A stretch of 64,000 nt of DNA from Epiperipatus broadwayi (Eukaryota; Animalia; Onychophora). Position numbers and translations under genes: made by a program. The notes under the pieces were generated by a model. It did not search any database. It saw only the letters and a program-made list of their open reading frames with translations, and had not been told where the DNA came from. The DNA is taken from assembly GCA_028023455.1 (NCBI GenBank), contig JAQFVV010000001.1:2356001-2420000 (forward strand), written 5' to 3'. Position 1 is the stretch's first letter; each line of letters starts with the position of its first letter. This document shows positions 1 through 13,500 of this stretch, in pieces.

Positions 1-449
1 AATCAGAAAAATCTGCCTCGAAGTGAGATTTTCTTCCCGTGCGTGACCCAAGATTCATCTCATATTTTCCACTAGGATGGCCACATCAATACATGTGCAG
101 TGTAGATATGATGTGCAGTGCTTTTCCAGTTGATCTGTTTAATTTCAATTTTGTCTTTGCATTAGCAAATATATACATTTCCAACTTTAGCGAAATCATG
201 AACCCTTTGAAAAAATGTAAAATTGGTGATGAATGCCATGTGTTTAATGAAGAATGGACAAACAAATATTTCTTTGGTAATACAGGGAATAAAGCAGTGC
301 ATTTATTGTGTCATGAAAAAAAGGTGCAGTCCTCCGCTAACCTTTGCTTCTGCAAAGTGGCCCGATGCAGCCCTCTACCAACCTGTGGCTCCGATGCGGC
401 CCTCCGCCAACCTCTGTGGCCCCTGAGCCAAAACAATTTCCCACCCCTG
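1..449 (+). mobile_element. 3' part of an internally deleted hAT (Charlie/SPIN-like) DNA transposon; 5' end lies outside the window
   Basis: 199-325 encodes MNPLKKCKIGDECHVFNEEWTNKYFFGNTGNKAVHLLCHEK, resembling the N-terminus of SPIN/GTF2IRD2-type transposases (RxFNEEWTxKYFF...CLIC). It is followed by three GC-rich subterminal GCGGCCC-like repeats and a TIR-like end TTTCCCACCCCTG at 449. Confidence 0.75.
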
Positions 450-1977
450 TCTTATATCATCTGAACTTGAGAGGTGAGTGATTTGTTAATATCATTTTTT
501 TTACAGTAAAAAAAAAAAAAATCAAAATTTTAATGCATATTATTTTATTACTCAAAATTTTTATTATGAAGTTCTGGTAATAAATGAAAAACTATCTCTT
601 TTTTTGTGTGCAGATGGAAGCAATGCATTTTAAAGAAAAAATAATATAGATCATTTTAGAAATTTAACCATTACTTTCATTAGTAAGTACTTTGATTTTA
701 TTCTTAAAATGTGGTCAATTTAAATTTCATTGCTTCTGTGATAAGGCAGTCCTAATATGCAATATATAAATGACAAAATAACAAAATTCAAAAGATTATT
801 ATTAAAATAGACTTTAGTCTAAATAAAGGACATGTATCAATTACTACATTGTAATCTATAGTTTTCTTTTTTTTAATACTGCTTGTAAAACTCGTGACTA
901 ATGATTTTGAGTAAAGTTTAATTCATAACTAAATTAGAGTATGTATATCTATTATTTTCCTGCTTTGTTTCAGGAATTTAATAAATATGAAAATTAAATA
1001 ATATTCATATATAATTTAATATTAAATTAATTAATGTTTCAAAGAAACTTATTGATCAATAAAAGTTACACTACACATTTTGTACCACATACTTATGTCA
1101 GTGTAAGAAAATGATAATTAGATTTATAAAGTAAGACATGTGATTCATGTAACCAGATTTACATCATACTTTTAAATATAGTTATTACAAGAAATTTTTT
1201 AATGATAAATTACAAACATTCAATCTTTTATAACATTTCATTGAAGATTTGTCGTATCATGTTAAATAGTTGAACAATACCACATTAAGCACTTGGAAAG
1301 ACATTTGTTGATCCCTTTCATATATTTGTATGTAGCTTATTCCAAAAAGTGTTTGGATGTTTTCTGAAATTGTTATTACACATAAATGTATTATGCATAA
1401 ATGAACATTTGATGGACCATAATGAATAAAGAATGTAGATACTCATGAATTAAAGAAAATTTCCATAATAAATATTTGAAAGAGATTGAATGTAAAATTT
1501 AATGTGTTAATTGCTACCTATATTCAGTCAAAATTATGGCAATTAAAGAAATACATGAGATTGTATTTCAATCTTTTCATGACAAAGTTAGCACTAGGTT
1601 TGGACATTGATATATTGTTTTTTATATTTTTAGAAATGTAAGGTGTGTAATGACTCTAAGTTTAATTCAATAAGAAAGTAAAAAATATTGAAATTTTATA
1701 AATTTATATATATATATACACATACAATGTATAAAATCACTAAAATGTCTCATGATTCTGCCCATATGATGATAGTGATGTTAGTGTTTAAATAATAAAA
1801 TACAATAAAATGTTTAGATACTGAATTGGGTTCAGATCTACATGACTGTACAAGTGAATGATCTTGGAGTGATTTATTGTATTTTTTATCTTGGGCCTCT
1901 AGCTTTACAGTTAACTAAATAGGTAAAATGTGGATACTAGAGGGTTGCATTAGATCCTAAGATCTAGGTGCAGTCTT

Positions 1978-2044
1978 CTCATATCCAAGACTCCTCACTG
2001 ATGAAATTCACAAGATAGAAACTAGTCTGGGTATATTGGATGAG
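1978..2044 (+). ncRNA. Type I hammerhead ribozyme candidate (GUC cleavage site after 2027)
   Basis: Intact core CTGATGA (1998-2004) ... GAAA (2018-2021)-C-TA-G-TC. Stem I CTCA/TGGG is extended by ATCCAA/TTGGAT and CTCA/TGAG; stem III loop is palindromic (ACTAGT). Stem II is weak (3 bp). Confidence 0.55.
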
Positions 2045-3262
2045 TAGGCACTAGATAAGGATTTTATGTACACACCTTGCAACCATTGATTACTAAGGCA
2101 CTGAGTGGTACTACCATATTGGAGAATTTATTACTGTTGTTAAATACAATGTATACATATATTTTTATATTCATAATAATTATGTACATGTATATATGCG
2201 TACATGCTAAAAAATTTTTTGATATGATAAAAATATTATTAATAAATAAAGATCTTAAATGTGTTGTAGATATATTAATTAACTTAAAATTAAATTAAAA
2301 AAATAGATCCTATTATTATTTATTCATAAAATTCCTGTGATTAATTCACATTTATGTATAGTTATAAATGTTTAAAATATATCACTTTATCATTATATAT
2401 ATGTATGTGATTATTGTCACTTATATATGCATATCTGCAATGTATGCAAAGAAGTAATTACTCTTGAGCTTAATGTAAATGTGTTGCAACTAGAATATGA
2501 TCGATGTCGTTGTTGTTCTAAGTGTTCTAAAGCGGTTGAAAATATATTATTTTAAAAAATATTTTTTAAAAGCATCTATGTCTTATTAATTAAGTTCTTA
2601 TTTAACTCTATTTATTATTATTGTATAAATAAAGATAAAATTCTTATGAAGAATATGATTATTTAACTTTACACTCTTTTCATATCCTAATGATATTGAA
2701 AATATTGTATTCATAACCAACTGAACTGTATATTCATATTATTGACACCCAGTTATGCATTTTGTTACTGAGACTGATAAAATGGAAGTAATCGAACTAT
2801 GGAATTGATATGATATCTTAATAATTTTAAAATGTTAATTCAATGCTGCATCAAAAACTAAGATTCTAAAATAAATTATACTGAGATTAACAGTCAATGC
2901 TCAAATATCATCTAATAAAATAAATAATATTGCTTTGTTATATTATTTGCTTTTTAATAATTATGTTTGTCTTTGCACACACACTTTCATATATTGTCTA
3001 TGTAAATTTATAATATATTCTGCTCATTAAAATAAATAAAAAGGAAGTAATAAATAAAATACAGTTGAGATGACAAAATACTGATGATTGTTTAATTAAA
3101 ACAGTTATTTTATAGATTTAATATTTTTATTTATTATTTAATGAATACAAAGTTGACTGCTATATTTTTGTTTTTGATTTCATATTAATAAAAAAAAATT
3201 ATATGTAATGCTGTTCTTATGGTCAAATGACAAAAAAAAAAAAAAAATACAAATTATCTGTA

Positions 3263-3375
3263 TTTTTTTTTTTCATATGTCATAGCATCTGCCGGGACGC
3301 GAACCCACACCCGTCTGCAACCAACTACTTGCTTGCATGGCGACTGCGATACCTCTCGGCTAACAACGCAAGACA
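3263..3375 (-). mobile_element. tRNA-derived SINE, long subfamily, young copy
   Basis: Minus strand has A-box TAGCCGAGAGG, B-box-like GGTTCGCGTCC, tail TGACATATG + poly(A). Flanked by a 14-bp direct repeat ACAAATTATCTGTA (3249-3262, 3376-3389). Near-identical copy at 20929-21045. Confidence 0.85.
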
Positions 3376-3699
3376 ACAAATTATCTGTATTGTTGTGAAA
3401 TCTTGGAAGGAATGATTAAACAGAATTTATGCAAATTTTATCCAAATTTGAAATATCATTATATATTTTAACTCTTCTTATGACTTTTTCTGTCAGGGAA
3501 AGAAGTTAGTTAAGTTTTGACTTAGGAAACTCAAACTCATCGCACTACTACTATGCTAAACTGCAAAAAGCACATTTATTTTGCAACAATTGTAACAAAT
3601 AACAAAACATTTTAAATTATAGTAAGTAATAATTTTATTTTTAAGTTATTAGTACTCAGAGAACAGTAAAATCATGTTATAGAGTTATCTACAAAAAAT

Positions 3700-5940
3700 G
3701 ACAATATACTATTAAAACAGGCAGTATAGTTATCATCATCATTGATTATTTTTCAAAATGTAAGCCTTACACAACAAACTAGTCACATTTTTAGGTCTTT
3801 CTCTTATTTGCCTTATTCTTCAAATATTAAGCTCAATCAACTTTTTTTCTTGCTTTTTATTATATCTGTCAAGTCTTTTTTTTTATATAGCTTTCATAAT
3901 GACTTGCTTCAATATGTATATGCTGAATTTAGTTGCTTTTCTTTTTCACAATTTTCTCAATGAATAATCATTTCACTTTGTTCTTTCAACATATCTGCAG
4001 TGATAATTTTATTCAAATTTATTTTTTCTATCCTTCAAATTCTCAATTCAAAAGGGTCAAGTTTTTCTCTCTCTCCTTTTTTTCATCTGTACATATCTCT
4101 GACCTAAATAAAGCTACTCTCTTAAGAAAATATTTTAACAAATTTTTTATTTAAATATAATTTTAATGATTCATAAAATAATCTTTTTCTATAATTATAG
4201 GCTTGTTTACCTAACACAATTTTCTATTATTTATTATTTCTTTCATTATCAGTTATCAACTTCACATATATTTAAAAGTATTAACCTACTTTATAACTGT
4301 CTAACGTTTGTTTTTAATCTTTTTACCTTATCACATATGCAGAAAAAAGATTAATTTGGAAGGCAAAACTCTTTAGATGCATATTATATTTGCATCTGTA
4401 TATTGAACAAAGAATTTAAAACAACTCTATTTAAAAATAGAGTATATATTATAATTTTTTATATTAATTTCTTTTTATCTTTTTAATTCATCGTCATAAT
4501 CATTATAAATCTACTATATAATGAAAATCCAAGTTTAGTCCAGTTTCACTGATACCTAGCTTTTCCACATCATGTTTCTTTATATCTAACACACAATCTC
4601 TTTTTAGATTTTTTGGAATGCAGTTTAATACTTTAGTTGTTATTTATTGTTATTTCTTTTAGTAATATATCCATCCCAGTTTCATTTTAGCCTCTTGATT
4701 CTTCCAATAAGGTCAATGATATTTGTTTATTGTTTCATCCATATATTTTGATTTCATTATCTTCATGCCACTTCCAAAGTACATCTTTTATCAACTTTTG
4801 TATTATTAGATTAAAAATAAGTAATAACATTTTATCAAAAAATTTTCTTCTTGAACATATAGGCACAAATAAACCGTTTAATATTAAGTTATTTCTATTA
4901 TTAAAAGTATTCTATCCAATTTTAAATGATTATTAATTTCATCCATAATGTTTTATAATATTTTCTGTCTGTATTAATAATCTGATCAAAGTATTTGTTA
5001 TTGCCATTTTCTTTTAATTATTATATCACTATTTATTTTCTGTTCTTTTGAAAGACTATTGAACATTATTTGATTCTTTTTATGATTTATCTGCCATCTT
5101 ACTTTCTTTCTTTATTTGATAGTTTTTTGTAAGAGTTTTGGGCTATTACCTGAAAACCATTTACTTAAATAATACTTATTTTTTAATCCTTTAGTTTTCT
5201 ATTTTAAACCACAAAATTCTTCAAGTAAAATTATTGTAAAAAGTTTTGGCGATATGAAATTATTCTGCTATATAATTTATCAATATTAATTTTCTTAATA
5301 TCACCATGTATTATAATTATTATTGTTATATTTTGATAAATATTCTTTAAAAATTGATAATGTCTTAGGTATATATCTTGATGTTCTAAAGCTTTAATAA
5401 TGCAAACAAGTTTACAAAGTCAAATACCTTCTCCTAATCTACAAAATCCAATATAACTCATATTCATTGTTTTTCTCAATATAATTTCTCATAATACTTG
5501 AATGATATCTACTATGCTATAATCATTTTCAAATCTGGTGATCCTTTTGTCTGATTTAGGTCCAAAATTCTCTGTAGATTTGTATGGAATTATGAAAATT
5601 TCAATATATTATTTTAAACTTTTATTGAATATCATTATTATTATTGTATTCTTTTTTCATTTATTGATATATTCTTATTATTTTAACATTTAATATAAAG
5701 ATAATAATTTAATTTTTTATTGGACTTTTTTCATTCATAATTTTAATTGTGTCATGTCATCATTTAAAACAATTGGCATTTTTAAAGGTGTTATAATTAT
5801 GACGGCTATTTTCTTTTTTTTATTACTATCTCACATTTTATTTTATAGTCCCTATTTTAATATTAGAACAATCTTTTTTTTTCTTTTTTACCGACACAAC
5901 TTTCTTTTCCATATCAACATTGTGTTATACTTCTGAGACT
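3700..5940 (-). mobile_element. Heavily degenerate non-LTR retrotransposon remnant (endonuclease start plus upstream ORF-like sequence)
   Basis: Minus translation near 4520-4640 gives VLNCIPKNLKRDCVLDIKKHDVEKLGISETGL, like an APE-endonuclease N-terminus; purine-rich coding-like bias on the minus strand; many stops. Confidence 0.35.
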
Positions 5941-6079
5941 AAAAAGAATTTATATTTCTTATATCATTTATTTACAAACATTTTCATAAAATTTCAGACA
6001 TTCTTCTAAATACAAGAATATTAAATATATTTGTATTCCAGTGTATAGTGAAAACTTATCGAAGTACTTTTTTTTTTGT

Positions 6080-6830
6080 TTATTTGGCTATCTCTGCAAC
6101 TTTTTTTTAGTAGAATATCAGTCGAAATTTTAAAAAAATTTCAACTTACATTTAAATTTATTAGAATATTTTGGAAAGTTAGAGATAACTGTTAACCCTA
6201 TCTTTTTTAACAATCTTTTTTCTTTCTATCTTTGTGATAAGACCAGTGTCACTGATCAATGATCTTTTTCTGCCATTGAATCTCTTAAATACCTTACAAT
6301 CTTGGTGTATTTTTTGGTGGTCAAAATGAAATTTTTTTTTTTCATTTTGTATTTTTTTTTAAAAAAAAAGAAAAAAAATTCATAGTAAAGAGATTATCTT
6401 TTTCTGTAAGTTCCATAAATCTATATTATTTCATTTTTATCTCCTTATCCAAATTTATCTACAGTACTTTCAGTCATTTTCCAATTCTATTATTAAATAG
6501 TCTTCTTTGATAGTTTAAAAATATTTGGTCTGAACAAATGCATTCTGTATTCTTTATAAAAATCACAATGTTGGGATGTAAGTGTGAATTATTTGTATTT
6601 GGTATCTTTCATTAAGTTGAATAACTAATACCATTCTGTCTAAAATATCATCAATGCCCATGCATTTTTTTGTTTGTAATAAGTCCTATTTGGGTTTCCA
6701 ATATTTATGCTTTTACATCTTCACTTTTCAATTGTTTTTTCATCTTTTTTACTATATAAAATTTGATAATGCTATATTTAATATTAGTTTATTTTTCAGT
6801 TGAAAGTGATCTGCAGGTATATAGGAAGCT
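6080..6830 (-). mobile_element. RTE-clade LINE endonuclease fragment, degenerate
   Basis: Minus translation fragments RSLSTEK..., DRMVLVIQLNERYQIQIIHTYIPT, TVDKFG*GDKN follow the order of RTE APE motifs (SDRIAVL..LNKRY...IIQVYAPT; GKFGLGERN). Confidence 0.6.
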
Positions 6831-9104
6831 TAAAGAAAGGTCATTATTGAATGGCATTCTAGGTTCATAATCTTAGTGTTTATTATTATTCATTGCCTTT
6901 AGTCTTCAACTGCTACCTTTGATTGATGACCTTATCTGAAATAATTTTCTTCTGTCATGATTACAAATATAAATGAGAGTGGGTATTCAAACACATTAAT
7001 CCAACTAATATTTTTTATAAAAACTATCATGTTTCTTGATCATAAAATCAAAAGTGAAACTTACTATATGTGATTGACATATGTTGGAGAACTCTCCATT
7101 ATTCATTTACCATATCAAAAATTGTATGCTAATAACTGCTATTACACCAACAATGTATAAAGATCATTAAACATATTGCCCTGCTTGAATTTTTTAAGTT
7201 TTCAAATAAGAATCAAAAGTTCCTTTTTTCAGTAAGTATCAAATTCCTTTTTGAAATATTTTTATATATATTATATAATAAATATTTTCACAATTTTTTT
7301 TCTCTTATGTTGTTTTTAAATGCTGCTTTTAAATGTTGGTTTAAAAAAAGATTATACAATGTTAATTTCTTTAACTTGCTGAGCATGCTTTTGGTCATTG
7401 AGGCCAAAATCATAACACTCATGAACCACAGGATATGTCATGGTATTTAAATTACTAATTTAAATATTCCACTTTTTAGAAAGTTGAATACTATTCTTTT
7501 TTGTTGTTGTTGATTGCATGGAGAATTGTTAGAAATAAACCAAACCTCTTTTATCTTTTGCTTTCTATTGTCACATTCAGAAAAAATAATGTTAGCCTTT
7601 ATTGGGTCAAAAGAGTGGTCAAACTCTTACTCATGCTCTAAAAAGACTGATTTACACTTAAAGCTATTTTTTGTGTGTTTGTGTACATACTTGTGATGTG
7701 CAACTCTAGTGACTATATTTGCAGGAATTTCTCCATAATATACTGCACTACAAGAGACATTACAGCATTTAATTTTATATACTATTTGTGGGGTTTGATC
7801 TTATGGTAATTTATTATTTGTATTTATTTAATAATCTACTTAAATTATTGGGAATTCTCAAACTAATATTGCACATTTTAGAATAGATTTTTTTCATTTT
7901 TTTGTGATGTATGTAAAGACTTAGCACAAAAAAATATCATCACAATGGATTATTGAATTCAGAAATGCCTCTAATAGTCTCAAGTTTTTAGACTTTTTAG
8001 ATTCAATGAAATAATAAGTCGTTGGATAACAAAATTATTTTCAAGTCCTTAGAAATTTGGGGGGCAATCCACCCCTCAATCTCGTATATGAACAACTCGT
8101 AAACTAGCTGGGTTTAAGGGATTCCTGAAAAGAAACTTAAAGTTTTGCAAATATGAGGCAGACTGGAAGGCTAATATTGAAGTATATGTTAAGATTTTCA
8201 TCTTCACAATCATGAACATTCTAATGATATGACTATGAGGACATTTAATACCCTCAAAAGCATTTAGCTTCCATTTTATATTTTATATTAATATTAATTT
8301 TCATTCAGTTTATAGCTTTTTTTATGAATATAATTTAATTTACATTTATCTAAGGAAAGTTGTTTATTTTTATGATTATAATACATTAATTGCTACAGTT
8401 AAAATTTTTTATAACAGAATAAAACAGGTACTCTTATAAAGGGCAGACAATAAGCCTTGGATAAGTCTGGTTTATATACTAAGGCTGTCATAAAAAAGAA
8501 TAAAAATATCTGCTTTAATATGTACAATATTAATTTGAGAACTCCTCCTAATTTAAATAGACTATTAAACAATACAAAAGGCAAATTAATACAGGATCAA
8601 ATCATCCAAATAGTATATAAAATTAGATGCACTAATGTCTCTTGTGGTGTAGTATAATATGGAGAATCTCATGCAAATATAACCACTAGAATTAAATAAC
8701 ACAATTATATATACAAGCACACAAAAATAGCTCTGAATATAAATTGACTTTTTTAGCACATAAGCAAGAATTTGACCTCACTTTTGATCCAAGAAAGGGT
8801 CAACATCATTTGTTGTGAGATGCTGGCAGAAAGCAAAAAATAAAAGAAATATGGTTTATTTCTAACAGTTCCCATGCAATCAACAAGAAAGAAAATAGCA
8901 TTCAACTTCCTAAAAATGAAATATTTAAATCAGTAATTTAAATAATTGGTTTGCCATTTAAATACCACAATACATCCTGCTGTTAATGAGTGCTATGATT
9001 CTGGCTTCAACGGCCAAAAGCATTCTCAGCAATTATAAAGAAATTAACATTGTATAATCTTTTCTTCAGTCAACATTTGGTCACTAGATGGTGACCAGTA
9101 AGTT

Positions 9105-10325
9105 AAGAGATGGGGATTAAATTTAGTGAAGAAAAATCAAATATAATGATGGTTAATACTGGGTAAAAAGAAGACAGAATTTTTATTCGAGGATATAAAG
9201 TTAAGGGTGGTGGATAGATATAGTTATTTGGGAATCATCTTAAGTAATCATAAAAATTGCTTGGATAGATGGGAGAAAAATTGATAAATGAATCAAAGAA
9301 AAGAAAGGGATTGATAAAGAAATTAACAGTATTTTCGTATAATAAATATGATGTAGCTAGAATTGTATGGAAAGGGAGTTGCAGTAGCAGGGATAACATA
9401 GGCAATGATGTGTTGTGTGTTAATAAAAAGGTATTAGATTACTTACAGAATGTACAAAGTAAAGTAGGAAGGCATCATTAGATGCAGATGTATTGATAGA
9501 TAAAAGGGCAAGCCAAGGAAAAATGGGATGGTCAAGTTTTTATATGAGAGATGCAAAAAGCAAAATGAAAATTGTTCAGTAGATTGCAGTTTATGGATAA
9601 TAAAAGAATAGACAAAATAGTATTTAATTGGGTCATGAGTAAAGAGCAGGCAACAAGATGGGTGAGAAAGGTAATGCACTATGCAGAAAATTTGCATAAA
9701 TAATTTATATCAATATATTTGTACAAAAGGTGGGATGATTGTGTTAGGAGGATTGTTGAATGTAATAGTGGTAAGAAATAGGATAGAAGAATAGATGCAT
9801 TAATAAAGAATAGGGAGTTGAAGAGATGGAGAACTAGTATGGAGAGTAAAAAGAGTTTAAATATATATAGAAAGTAAATGGAACATTGCGTGCGAGTTAA
9901 ATTATGATAAAGTAGTTTATTGTTTAAGGCTCAAATAGGATCTTTAGCAACAAGGGAATATACATGTAAATGGAAAAATATGGGTGATTTAGTCTGCAAG
10001 TTGTGTAAGGAAGGCATAGAAAATATTAGGCATCTGTTAATTCAATGTAAATGCTTGGAAGCAGAAAGGGTACAAATAGTAAAGTTATGGAAGAATAAAT
10101 ATGAACAAAGTGATTATACAGAAAGTGAGTTATTCATTTTTATGCTGGGTTTGGGGAAAGGTAAGGCGGATTTAGATATGAAGGCCATGGAATTGACAAA
10201 GATTATGTTATGGAAATGGGATGCAGCAGATGATGGGAAAACTTAGGGTGGGGAATCAAAAGGGAAAACAGGTTTCTCTGGGCATAGTTGCTGAGAGATT
10301 TCTAACTCCATATAAGAAGAAGTCA
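9105..10325 (+). mobile_element. 5'-truncated LINE: RT C-terminus/thumb plus C-terminal zinc knuckle
   Basis: GIKFSEEKSNIM...VDRYSYLGIIL (RT end), WKG...NDVLC...QSKVGR, and LFKAQIGSLATREY...VCKLCKEGIENIRHLLIQC (CX2C...H...C); stops and frameshifts present. Confidence 0.75.
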
Positions 10326-10450
10326 CAGTGCATCACATCACATCCTGTTTGCTCTTTATTTCTAATGGATGTTTATGGTTTTTCAATGGTTTTCTGAAAA
10401 ATTTTACAGCATTTGAACAGGTAAGTTCATTATCTTTATTTTTATATAAA

Positions 10451-13400
10451 AATGAGTGAAGCTTTCAAGAAACTTGGAAGTTGTAAAAATATCAAAATTA
10501 TTAGCAATGCAAAGATAAATGACTCCATTATAGAATTGGAAAAAAGCCTCAAACCTGATCCATTCCCAGAAAAAAATAAAGAAATTGTCCAAAAAAAATA
10601 GAAATTTGGGTGAACGTTTGATGTTAAATGACAAAAGAATGATAGCAAATAAATTTCTAAAGGAAAATACAAGAAAGCCTATTGTAGAAGTGAAGTATGA
10701 AGCAGATTTGGAGATTCCCTTTATTTCTGAAGCTCCAGCAATATTTGAAATAACTTAAAAGCACGGAAAAGCTGTGAAACATAAAATTACATCAAAGACC
10801 AAGGATAAAAACAAATTAACTGAAAAACAAAATCGGAATATGGCATTAAATATTGTAAAAGAAGACCCCAAAGCCAGTCACTCAGTTAACTTTGGGTGAG
10901 AGAAAATCTAAATAAATCTGTTTGTAATGTCTACTTTCTTGCTTTCAAAAATAAAAATGTCTCAGATGATTTTACAGTTGTAAATGTTAAAATGCAAAAT
11001 AATAAGACCAATTCCTTTTCTAATGATAAAATTAAAGGAGAAGGAAAACCTGAAGAGAATTTAATTTTGGGATTGAATAATGGAGAAGTTGAAGCCTTGA
11101 AACAGAAAGTTAAATCTCATTTTACTTATAGCAGAGTGGCCAAAAATAGCCAAGGCAGATCTATAAAAATTCCAGTAACACAGTTAAACTTTCAAGATGA
11201 TTTCATGAAGTCTTCTGAATATAGAGAAGTCAATAACCTACCTGTAAATAGTATTGGCCCTCTGGTTCTTAGTAAGAATACATTAAGGCTGGACCTTCAA
11301 ATCTTCAATAGTGAGACTTTGCTGTTAGATCTAAAAAATTATTGGTTCTCAAAAATAATAAAAAGAAAAACATCAGATGATGATAAATGCTTACACATAA
11401 CTGATGGTACCAAAGATATAGTCAGAAAGAGCTATACAAATTTAGTACAATTCAATGGAAATGAACCTGTTGTTTCAAACAATAAGCTACTTGATATGCA
11501 GGATGTTTTTTTATATTGTGGGTGAATAATGGGAGGACTGCTTGCCATCTCAAGAGGTTGTAGCTAAGGCAAAGACTCAACAACAGTTAGTGAGGTGATA
11601 AAAAAATCCAACTCTAAAATCCCAGCTCAGCTTTACAGGTCCTTCCAAAACTTTCACAGTAATAAAACCTTGATTATGGCAGTCACAAAGTTGAAGTGTG
11701 AGTTGTTCAGGTTTTCAGTAGAAGATCTCTATGCAGATCTAAGTGTGAAAAACATTTGGAAGATGGTTTATAAGGTGTTAGTGCATCCAAAAAACCAGTA
11801 CATAGTACTAGAGTGTGATGGTAAAGTGCAGAAGGGATATATCAAAAAATATGACTATGTTAGGAGATAAGATCATCTGTTGGATAAACATGGACAAGTC
11901 TCTTGTTTTGTCTGGCCTAATCTGTAATTGCTATTTGAATTTTCAAGAAGCGAACCTCCAACACCTTGCTAAATTTGGAGTAGGATCTAGTTTTAGATAC
12001 CTCATGGAAAAGAGTGCAGACATGCTGGTCCTCACCACGTTGGCTCTTTTCAATCTCACAATGAATAAAAATTTTGCACCCACTGATATCTGTACTATTT
12101 TTTCTTCAGAGATTTTGCCATTAGTGATTTCATTTTATGGCATGCATGAGCAATGTTTCTTCTGCAGGCAGTATACACATATAGTCAGAGTCTGTCCTAC
12201 AAGGATTTGCCAGATCTGCAAAGTTAATAAAAACAAATTTCACAAATGCAAACCGGTTTACTTAAGCCCCCCTCCCCACTACTACAGACCCAATTGCAGG
12301 TGATTTGAATGTTGCAGTAGAACATCCAGATACTGTGACAATGGAACAAATACAAGTAGAACCAGAGATATCTTCAGGAATTGCTGGACATAGTGTACCA
12401 CATCAAAACATGGAGACTACTTCACTTCTCTCTGGAAAATGTGACTTGAACTTCATGTGGCAGTTATTCTATGCTGGCTGAGGAGTTTCCAGTGCTTCAA
12501 AGTGTTAGACCAGCCAAAAGGAAATCAAGAAAGATAAATAAAGGGATCTAAGAAAGATGCAGAGGATTTACAAGGAGAATACACATAATCTGATCATTCA
12601 GATAATGCTCTGGCAATGGAAACAAAGGAGAACTGCCAGAAAGAATGGTTCAGTTGGCCTATTGAGGGGCTGCTTTGGAAGCTCATGGGATTCACTCATT
12701 CAGTCTACTGAGCAATTTGGCAGATTAAAGTCCAGGAAATAGGCTTTAAAGTTCAGATGATCTGACTTGGATCTCAGCAATGTTAGTTCAGATTGAGAGT
12801 GTGCAAAATGCTATCTCTCCCTCTGGTACATTGATAACAGATGTGGATAATTATAAAGGCATAAGCCAGTAGCATTGGATTGGCTTGATAATCCTTCATC
12901 AACTGGATGGATATGATCCATGATATCTAATGTTAACAAAAACATCTAAATAACACACAAATTTTTTTAAAGAATATATTTTTCTGGGAAGCCTATAATC
13001 TCACACACAATAAGAATGGGCTTGCTACCACTTTTCTTCAGATTTTTACACAATAGAATAATCTTTGGTTTCAAGCATTGGATGCTTGAACAAAAATTCT
13101 TTGACTTCCTGGTTAAATTAAACTTGGAGGTGCTACCAATAAATCAATTTTTTATTTTTTTTGCTGAAGAGACAACAATGCATACATTTTTTTTGGTATG
13201 ATGAACTAAGATCCATAGACATAATCCATGCTATAGATAGATGGGGGGGTCATTGCAATTGCAGACTGCATCAGGAAGGAACTCTTCCTACTGATTAGGC
13301 TTTCTAAGTTTCTATTATTTACTGTTTGGACAATCAGGTGCAAGCTTTCATTTGACCAGTGGATGGATAACAATGCTCATTTTCTTTGATTTAGTTAAGA

Positions 13401-13500
13401 AATTACAACAAAGAGACAAGAAGCTCGCCTCTATAGACATTTATAAAGACACGTGGAATTTGATTGCTCTTCCAACTAATATCTAGGTTGACCAATCATA
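10451..13500 (+). mobile_element. Degenerate L1/Tx1-type element: ORF1 (RRM-like + CCHC knuckles) and ORF2 endonuclease, RT absent; long unassigned upstream reading frame
   Basis: ORF 11815-12303 contains SFYGMHEQCFFCRQYTHIVRVC (CX2CX4HX4C) then CQIC...HKC. 12830-13450 reads as a decayed APE domain (NYKGISQ, NGLATTF, GGHCNC, SRLYRH). ORFs 10896-11525 and 11595-11870 are in the same frame, separated by two stops. Confidence 0.6.

Noticed and set aside
3227-3415. ORF sharing FFICHSICRDANPHPS...NNAR with ORF 20837-21052
   Set aside because: The shared peptide is the antisense reading of the same tRNA-SINE, not a duplicated protein domain.
9079-9092. CTCF-like motif / hairpin TGGTCACTAGATGGTGACCA
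   Set aside because: Single imperfect match at a LINE boundary; insufficient support.
10410-10420. 11-nt microexon (tttacag|CATTTGAACAG|gtaagt)
   Set aside because: Good splice words but no supporting neighbouring exons; not distinguishable from chance.
10451-13500. Endogenous viral element
   Set aside because: CX2CX4HX4C knuckle followed by APE-like motifs fits L1/Tx1 better; no viral hallmark motif recognised. The upstream ~1.2 kb remains unassigned.
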